A model generated the notes under the pieces. The model was given only the letters and a program-made list of their open reading frames with translations, made no database searches and had not been told where the DNA came from. Positions 1-6,065 of a stretch of DNA of 7,970 bases are shown piece by piece. The stretch lies in the NCBI RefSeq assembly GCF_006345805.1, contig NW_021828681.1:1-7970 (forward strand), read 5' to 3'. A program made the position numbers and the translations under genes. Within the stretch, counting starts at the first letter, position 1. Each line of letters opens with the position of its first letter. Origin of the DNA: Octopus sinensis (taxonomy: Eukaryota).

Positions 1-114
1 AAATGTCTGCCCGATATACTCACCACGATATTAATGTAAACTAATTAATATACTAATCTATTACAGTCACAACGGCTGAATATTTCGTGAACTGCTTTAA
101 TAATTATAATACTA

Positions 115-285
115 ATCCTTTCTATTATAGGCACAAGGCCTGAAATTTTGGGTACTTAATTATCGACCCCGAAAGGTTGAAAGGCAAAGTCGACCTCGGC
201 GGAATTTGAACTCAGAACGTAAAGACAGAGGGAATGCCGCTAAAGATTTCGGCCGACGTGCTGACCATTCTGCCAGCTCGTCGCC

Positions 286-286
<1 letters not shown>
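115..286 (-). mobile_element. tRNA-derived SINE, family A copy 1 (internal ~45-bp deletion)
   Basis: Minus strand begins GGCGACGAGCTGGCAGAATGG (Pol III A-box-like) with a B-box-like GAGTTCAAATTCC at 201-213. Shares GAAAGGCAAAGTCGACCTCGGCGGAATTTGAACTCAGAAC with the copies at ~990-1030 and ~6545-6585. AAT-rich degenerate tail at ~98-114. Confidence 0.85.
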
Positions 287-321
<35 letters not shown>

Positions 322-348
322 TAATAATAATAATAATAACGATAATAA
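286..348. repeat. (AAT)n microsatellite, probably the 3' tail of SINE A copy 2
   Basis: About 20 AAT units with few interruptions, abutting the 3' end of the minus-strand SINE at 356-565. It encodes the poly-Y/L part of ORF 160..369. Confidence 0.9.
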
Positions 349-355
349 TTTTTTT

Positions 356-565
356 TGTACTCTAGGCACAAGGCCAGAAAATTTTGGGGAGGGGGCTAGT
401 CGAATAGATCGACCCCAGTGCTGAACTACTACTTATTTTATCAGCCCCGAGAGGATGAAAGGCAAAGTCGACCTCAGCGGGAATGGAACACACAAACGTA
501 AAAACAGACGAATGCCATAAAGAGTTTTGTCCGGTGTCCTAATTCTCTTACCAGCTCGCTGCCTT
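356..565 (-). mobile_element. tRNA-derived SINE, family A copy 2 (full length, diverged)
   Basis: Collinear with the other A copies (GGCACAAGGCC...ATCGACCCCAGT...GGATGAAAGGCAAAGTCGACCTC...CCAGCTCGCTGCCTT). A/B boxes are degenerate. Confidence 0.85.
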
Positions 566-599
566 AATCAAGTAACAGATATTCTTCCTACTGCTGAGC

Positions 600-896
600 T
601 GAGACCCCTTCGGTTATGACTGACCATGGGATTGCACCTAGAAAGTTACCCTCCCAGGCACAAGTCCGAGCAAGGTTGTTTTATGGAAGGCCAGCAGTCG
701 CTCATGCATACCGGCCTCCCCTCTCCACGCCACCAGTGTTATCCAAGAGAAAGGCAAGGGCCGATACAGCTTGGCACCTGTGACATTGCAACCCATTTCT
801 ACAGCTGAATGAACTGGAGCAACGTAAAATAAAGTGTCTTGCTCAAGAACACAACCTCACGATCGTAAGCTCGACGCTCAAACCACTGAGCCATGC
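600..896 (-). mobile_element. CORE-type tRNA SINE, family C (B-box apparently missing)
   Basis: Minus strand starts GCATGGCTCAGTGGTTTGAGC (A-box TGGCTCAGTGG), followed by TGTGTTCTTGAGCAAGACACTTT (831-853), which resembles the CORE-SINE motif CCTTGRGCAAG. There is no GTTCRA B-box between them. The 3' boundary is approximate and the family assignment is from recall. Confidence 0.65.
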
Positions 897-900
897 TGTA

Positions 901-1101
901 AGCACAAAAACTGATGCTTTGAGAGAAGGGGTTAGCCGATTATATTGGTCCCAGCGCTGAACTGGTACCTTTTTCATCTACTCCGAAAGGGTGAAAGGCA
1001 AAGTCGACCTCGGCGGAATTTGAACTCAGAACGTAACGGCAGACGAAATACGGCTACGCATTTCGCCCGGCGTGCTAACGTTTCTGCCAGCTCGCCGCCT
1101 T
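901..1101 (-). mobile_element. tRNA-derived SINE, family A copy 3
   Basis: Minus-strand AAGGCGGCGAGCTGGCAGAAACG head and GAGTTCAAATTCC B-box. Near-identical to copies 1 and 4 over ~985-1032; 901-985 is more degenerate. Confidence 0.87.
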
Positions 1102-1156
1102 TCTGATCCCTATTTACCAGTCAATAATAATAGCTTGCTGTCAATACAACCAATTT

Positions 1157-1691
1157 GATTCTTTTCGGTTTGAACGGCAGTTTGTAATATAATTTCTAGG
1201 TAACTAAAAAATTTTAAACTTCGTATACTAGTAGAATGTATTTATAAAACATCATTTTCTCTTGGCTTTATTGAGAAAATTCTGTAGTTTGTAACATATT
1301 TCGTCTTTAATTTCTTGCATTTCGGCAATTTTAACCAATCAATGACGTCCATTGACGTAAACAACATTCTGTGCCGCATGAATATGTCACTCGTTTAAGA
1401 AACAGATTGAGTTTATTTACATTTGTGAAGAAAAAAGGATACCCTTCCCCCACCCCTAACTCTAACCCTAAATCTAAAATAGATTGAAATGCAATAGCTC
1501 GATACTTGGGTTATAATTATGGGTGACAATTTCATATGACACCGCTAGAGAAAATGGCAGTTTTTTCTAGCGGTGTCATATGTTTTACCTAGCGGTGTCA
1601 CCCATAATTATGACCCTAGTATCGATCTATTGCATTTCAATCTATTTTAGATTTAGGGTTAGCTAGGGTTAGTTAGGGCTAGTTAGGGTCC
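1157..1691. mobile_element. Rearranged MITE copy 1: inverted full body plus fold-back second left end
   Basis: 1157-~1554 is the reverse complement of the MITE at 3263-3682, starting with a degenerate TIR GATTCTTTTCGGTTTGAACGGCAGTTT. 1556-1691 repeats the left end in forward orientation. Flanked by ACCAATTT at 1149-1156 and 1692-1699. Confidence 0.85.
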
Positions 1692-2181
1692 ACCAATTTT
1701 TTTAAACATGTTAAAATAAATATTTGAAATTTCAAGCTGACCTTCGGAGGGTTCGAACTCCGCAGTTGAACAGTTTCGGAATTTTAGCAGCTGAGAGAGA
1801 GAAAGAGAGAGAGAGGGTGGGGTGGAGGTGATGGGTAATAGCGGTGGTGGTGGTGGCAGTCTAGTATGTAACAGTCTAAGTAACCTACATAAAAGTCGTC
1901 CTTATGACTCAGAATAAACTTTATTTTTGTGATAGTGCAGGTCACAGCTCATGAATATGTATGAGGGGAGTGGCGGAGAGGGGGGGAGATAGAAAGAAAA
2001 GAAAGGAAAGAAGGGAGAAAAGAGAAAAAGGAATGAAAGGAAAATGTAAAATGTTAGAGTAAAAAAAAAATGAAAGAATAGTAAAAAAGAAAAGACCGAA
2101 AGTTTGTGTAAAGGCCACACACATACACATTCATATACACACATACATATACAAACATGCAGATTGCGTGAGAGAGAGAGA

Positions 2182-2342
2182 GTGAGAGCAGGAGAGGAGA
2201 GAGAGAGAGAGCAGAAGGAGAGAGAGAGGGAGAGCAAGAGAAGGAGAGAGAGAGAGGGTGAGAGCAGGAGAAGGAGAGAGAGAGAGAGGGTGAGAGCAGG
2301 AGAAGGAGAGAGGAGAGGGTGAGAGCAGGAGAAGGAGAGAGA
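2182..2342. repeat. GA-based minisatellite, unit GGGTGAGAGCAGGAGAAGGA(GA)n, ~29-32 bp
   Basis: Exact 20-mer at 2256, 2288 and 2317, with degenerate units near 2182 and 2228. Confidence 0.8.
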
Positions 2343-2406
2343 GAAAAGAGACAGAGAGGTGTGAAAAGAGGATGTGAAAGAACTTGAGAGAGAAGAAAAG
2401 AGAGAT

Positions 2407-2442
<36 letters not shown>

Positions 2443-2529
2443 AAGGGAAGGGAAGAGGGTCTGAGAGAGAGAAAGAAATGTGGAGAAAGAGAGGGGATAT
2501 AGAAATAGAGTGTGAGAGAGAGGGGGAGT

Positions 2530-2606
2530 GTGAGAGCGAGAGATTGAAAGGGGAGAGAGAGGGAGAGTCGGAGTGAGAGCGAGAGATTGAAAGGGGAGAG
2601 AGAGGG
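2530..2606. repeat. 34-bp direct duplication (period 43 bp)
   Basis: GTGAGAGCGAGAGATTGAAAGGGGAGAGAGAGGG at 2530-2563 and 2573-2606. Confidence 0.8.
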
Positions 2607-3262
2607 GAGAGCGATGGAGAGAGGGTGAAAGCGATAGAGAAAGAGGGAGAGTGAGCGTGGAGCGGGAGAGAGCGAGCGAGAGCTAGGGAGAGAGAGAAAA
2701 AAGAGAGAGAGGGAAAGATGGAGTCAAAGAACTACGAAGAGAAGAAAAGGAGAGAAAGAACAGAAGGACTGAGAAAAAGAGAGAGAGAAAAAAGGAGAGA
2801 GGGAGAAAGAAAGAGAAAGACAGAGACGTGGAGAGGAAGACAGACAGATACGAGTTACTATACGTTAATAGAAACAAAAGCAAAACCAGAGAACGGGCCT
2901 ATCTTTGAGTGATCGTTGGTTATGTATGTATGGAAGAGCCTAAAAACTAAGGCAGGACAATAGAAAAAGCTTGCGGCGTGTGAAGTTTATGCCTTATGTA
3001 TCAAGAATTAAACGCATAATTGAAACTTCCCAAAGCCAGATATTGAAACTGGATCACTAATTTAAACATCAGAGAACCGGTTTCCGTATTGACGTACCTC
3101 CGTCAACACCCAGGAATAATCTTAATAGTATCTAATTATATAAGAGGGCTGCAGACGGCTTCCTCGACAGGAAGTCGTATAATAACTAACCGTAGCAAGA
3201 ATAATAGCTTGCTACCAGTTACAATCACTCTACTATGTCTTTGGATGGCCAAGACAAATGCC

Positions 3263-3682
3263 GGATCTTTTCGGTTTGAACGGCAGTTTTTTCTAGCGGT
3301 GTCATATGAAATCGTCACCCATAATTATGACCCTTGTATCAATCTATTGCATTTCAATCTGTTTTAGGGTTAGGGTTAGTTAGGAGTGGCGGAACGGTAT
3401 CTTTTTTCTTTACAAATGTAAATAAACCCAATCTGTTTCTTAAACGAGGGACATATTCATACGGCACAGAAAGTTTTCACCTCAATAGACGTCATTGATT
3501 GGTTGAAATTGCAGAAATTGAGGAAAAAAAAATAACAAATATCTTACAAACAATAGAATTTTCTCGATAAAGCCAAGAGAAAAAGATGTTTTATAAACAC
3601 ATTCTACCAGTATACGAAGTTTAAAAGTGTTTAGTTACGTGGAAATTATTTTTAAAAACTGCCGTTCAAACCGAAAAGATCC
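3263..3682. mobile_element. Intact 420-bp MITE (non-autonomous TIR DNA transposon), 8-bp TSD, tentatively Merlin-like
   Basis: Perfect 29-bp TIRs GGATCTTTTCGGTTTGAACGGCAGTTTTT (3263-3291 and 3654-3682). Flanks CAAATGCC (3255-3262) and AAAATGCC (3683-3690) form an 8-bp TSD with 1 mismatch. No ORF of consequence. A second copy lies at 1157-1691. Confidence 0.92.
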
Positions 3683-3852
3683 AAAATGCCAACGATCAGG
3701 CCAACCTAAGCTGTAGTTTAACACTTTGACCACGTTACTAAATGTTATGACCATTGACCCATAAGTGTCCATGGTCCTTTGTTTTATATATTTTTTAAGA
3801 CCAGAAGGATAATCCATCATATTTCTGCAATATCTGTATTTTTCTGAGATAT

Positions 3853-4078
3853 CTTATTCTTACTTGTTTCAGTTATTTGACTGCGGCCATGCTGGAGCAC
3901 CGCCTTTAGTCGAACACATCGACCTCCAGGACTTATTCTTTGTAAGCCTAGTGCTTATTCTGATGGTCAATTTTGCCGACCTTCTAAGTTACGGGGACGT
4001 AAGCACACCAATATCGGTTGTCAAGCGACGGTGGTATTGTAACAAACACAGACTCACACACAGATACATATATATATC
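3853..4078 (-). mobile_element. Family B SINE, 3' half plus central (CA/TA) microsatellite
   Basis: TTGTTTCAGTTATTTGACTGCGGCCATGCTGGAGCACCGCC...ACGGGGACGTAAGCACACC matches 6066-6255 (same strand) and 5004-5180 (opposite strand). Confidence 0.8.
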
Positions 4079-4190
4079 ACCGTGATCGACCAGGCTATCA
4101 GATGTTGCTACACATCGCTGGTCACAATGCACTTTGCATTGTTTTAGCCTTTAAGTGACGCCACCCCGCTGGCTAAGCGAGCAGGCCAAC
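4079..4190. mobile_element. ~112-bp GC-richer insert bounded by (AT)n, probably a truncated piece of another interspersed repeat
   Basis: Sharp composition change, (AT)n on both sides, and absent from the equivalent position of the family B copy at 6066-6688. No second copy in the window. Confidence 0.4.
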
Positions 4191-4359
4191 ATATATATAT
4201 ATAGTTCAGAAAGATTTAGATTCAGATGAATGTGGTGCTTAAGTCAAAGGCACCAGAATTTGGTATGGTATTATCCATATAAATCAAATGGGGTGGTTAT
4301 AATCAAAATAAGCAACAAGGATATACTACACAACCTTGGATACCCTTGTTGCTTATTTT

Positions 4360-4361
<2 letters not shown>

Positions 4362-4402
<41 letters not shown>
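4362..4402. repeat. (AT)n microsatellite
   Basis: About 20 perfect AT units. It gives the IYIYIY ORFs 4230..4415 and 4346..4567. Confidence 0.95.
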
Positions 4403-4404
<2 letters not shown>

Positions 4405-4558
4405 GGTTCTTTTAGTTTCCGTCTACCACATCCACTCAAAGCTTTGGTCGGTCCGAGGTTATAGTAGAAGACACTTGCACAAGGTGCCATGCTGTGGAAC
4501 AGAACCCGGAGCCATGTGGTTGGGAAGCAAGCTTCTTACCACACAGCCACGCCTGCGC
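4401..4558 (-). mobile_element. Family B CORE-SINE, 5' half (tRNA head plus CORE)
   Basis: Minus strand GCGCAGGCGTGGCTGTGTGGTAAG (A-box-like), GGGTTCTGTTCC (B-box-like), then GGCACCTTGTGCAAGTGTCTTCT (CORE-like, 4466-4488). Homologous to 6283-6418 plus 6653-6688. Confidence 0.82.
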
Positions 4559-5003
4559 GTGACATAAGATATATTATGCAGGTATGCGTGTATAGCTCGT
4601 CTTTCTAGCGTTCATAATTTTTCACTTTGTCTTGGCTTAACAGCCCTTATCGTTTGTTTTTACTGTCTTGTTCTCACTGTCCTGTTTTTGTGACCACTTT
4701 CACCCTCCACAAAAAAATCCCAAATTTTTTTAATTTGCTTTGCGGGAAGGACTGTTTCAACGAAGTCCCGTATTGTCATTAGCTTCGAAACTCGGAGTAG
4801 ACGAAACAGGGACAACTGCTGAAAGGAATGTTTTTTTTATGTTGAATGTCTCGTTTCTCTGTTTCTTTTTTTATTCGTTGTTCGAAAAAAGTTCGTTTTC
4901 GATGTTTTTGTTATGTTTTCGTTTCTCATTGTGTCCACGTTTTTTTTTATGCATGTATATATACATATGTACGGGGACGTAAACACACCAACATCGGCAG
5001 TCA

Positions 5004-5180
5004 CACCATCACTTGACTACCGATGTTGGTGTGTTTACGTTTCCGTAACATAGCGGCTCGACAAAAGAGACCGATAGAATAAGTACTAGGCTTAAAAAGA
5101 ATAAGTCTTGAGATTGAGTTCTTCGACTAAACGTGGTGTTCCAGCATGGCCGCAGTCAAATGACTGAAACAAATAGAAGA
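5004..5180 (+). mobile_element. Family B SINE 3' half, 5'-truncated, plus strand
   Basis: CACCATCACTTGACTACCGATGTTGGTGTG...CAGCATGGCCGCAGTCAAATGACTGAAAC is homologous to the reverse complement of 3853-4035. It ends in an (AT)n tract. Confidence 0.85.
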
Positions 5181-5256
5181 ATATATATATATATATATAA
5201 TATATATTATATATATATACTTATTTACTTGTTTCAGTCATTTGAGTGCGGCCATG
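5181..5256 (-). repeat. (AT)n tract followed by a short inverted copy of the family B 3' terminus (5222-5256)
   Basis: 5229-5256 is the reverse complement of 5145-5172 at 27/28 positions. Confidence 0.8.
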
Positions 5257-5309
5257 TGTGTATGTGTTTCCATATTTTCTAGGAACATACAAGCAGCTTC
5301 GAACGATCA

Positions 5310-5642
5310 TACGCACACATGTATATATACACTGACACACACACATATATACACTCACACTCACATAGACTCACACACACACACACATATAGACTCACAC
5401 ACACACTCACACACACACACACATATAGACTCCACACACACACACACACACACATATAGACTCACACACACACACACACACACATATAGACTCACACACA
5501 CACACACACACACATATAGACTCACACACACACACACACACACATATAGACTCACACACACACACACACACACATATAGACTCACACACACACACACACA
5601 CACATATAGACTCACACACACACACACACACACATATAGACT

Positions 5643-5678
<36 letters not shown>

Positions 5679-5830
5679 CATACATACATACATACAGCAA
5701 GTACATACATACCTACACATACACTTGCTCTCTCACGTGGGTTCTACACACGAACAACTCATCCATCCCGACCTCTACACACACACACACACACACACTC
5801 ACACATACACTCACACACAAACACACATTT
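5310..5830. repeat. (CA)n-based compound satellite with a 30-bp higher-order unit CTC(AC)nATATAGA
   Basis: Six identical 30-bp units at 5461-5640, flanked by variant units. Explains ORFs 5242..5892, 5361..5720 and 5407..5706. Confidence 0.93.
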
Positions 5831-6065
5831 CGTCCATACACGTGCAACATGGATGTGTTATTAAGTTTAAATCAACATTTTATACTCAATAGGCTTAACA
5901 TAAATACCGTTTAAGATCGATCCCTTCACCGTTGTATTTGGATTTGACCCGTTAATGAGGTCGCCGAGTATAGAAACACACAGACCCCTGTTTGTCTACG
6001 CGTTTCTTCGTTAGTTTAATGAGGTTGTGGTCCAGGAGCGAACCTTTTACACTCAGGAATTATAT

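Larger units (their letters stand above)
1965..2850. repeat. Long purine-rich (GA/GAAA/GGA) low-complexity tract with a short (CA/TA) island at ~2116-2157
   Basis: Directly visible. It accounts for ORFs 1902..2237, 1942..2130, 2104..2322, 2683..2883 and 2718..2912 (S/L/F-rich or R/E-rich). Confidence 0.9.

Noticed and set aside
199-286. Functional tRNA genes at the SINE heads
   Set aside because: A/B boxes are present, but there is no acceptor stem or cloverleaf, and the heads continue into SINE bodies.
160-369. ORFs 160..369, 6514..6699, 6378..6575, 626..808, 3864..4085 and 4346..4567 as proteins
   Set aside because: They are translations of SINE bodies and microsatellites. The shared 'SEFKFRRGRLCLS' peptide just reflects the SINE A B-box region.
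1749-1761. Isolated B-box-like GAGTTCGAACCC on the minus strand, as a tRNA gene or SINE
   Set aside because: No convincing A-box, cloverleaf or homology to the SINEs in the window; a short motif like this can occur by chance.
1902-2912. S/L/F-rich and R/E-rich ORFs (also 7049-7485)
   Set aside because: Produced by stop-free GA/TC repeats; no domain-like composition.
3200-3213. 14-mer AATAATAGCTTGCT upstream of both MITE copies (1126-1139 and 3200-3213) as a target motif
   Set aside because: Distances to the TIR differ (17 vs 49 bp), the elements are in opposite orientation, and an AT-rich 14-mer match in 8 kb is not very improbable.
3364-3384. True telomere or chromosome-fusion relic
   Set aside because: Only 2-4 imperfect units, and they are an integral part of the MITE in both copies.
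4755-4815. Possible hammerhead ribozyme (CTGT...GAAACAG pairing); similar look at 5945-5980 (TTAATGA...GAAAC)
   Set aside because: The CUGANGA core is absent or doubly mutated and stem II does not form. An Infernal search with hammerhead models would settle it.
5461-5640. CRISPR-like regular 30-bp repeats
   Set aside because: Head-to-tail identical units with no unique spacers and no cas genes, in a eukaryotic context.
5242-5892. 216-aa His/Thr-rich ORF and antisense Cys/Val-rich ORFs
   Set aside because: Direct translation of the (CA)n-based satellite.
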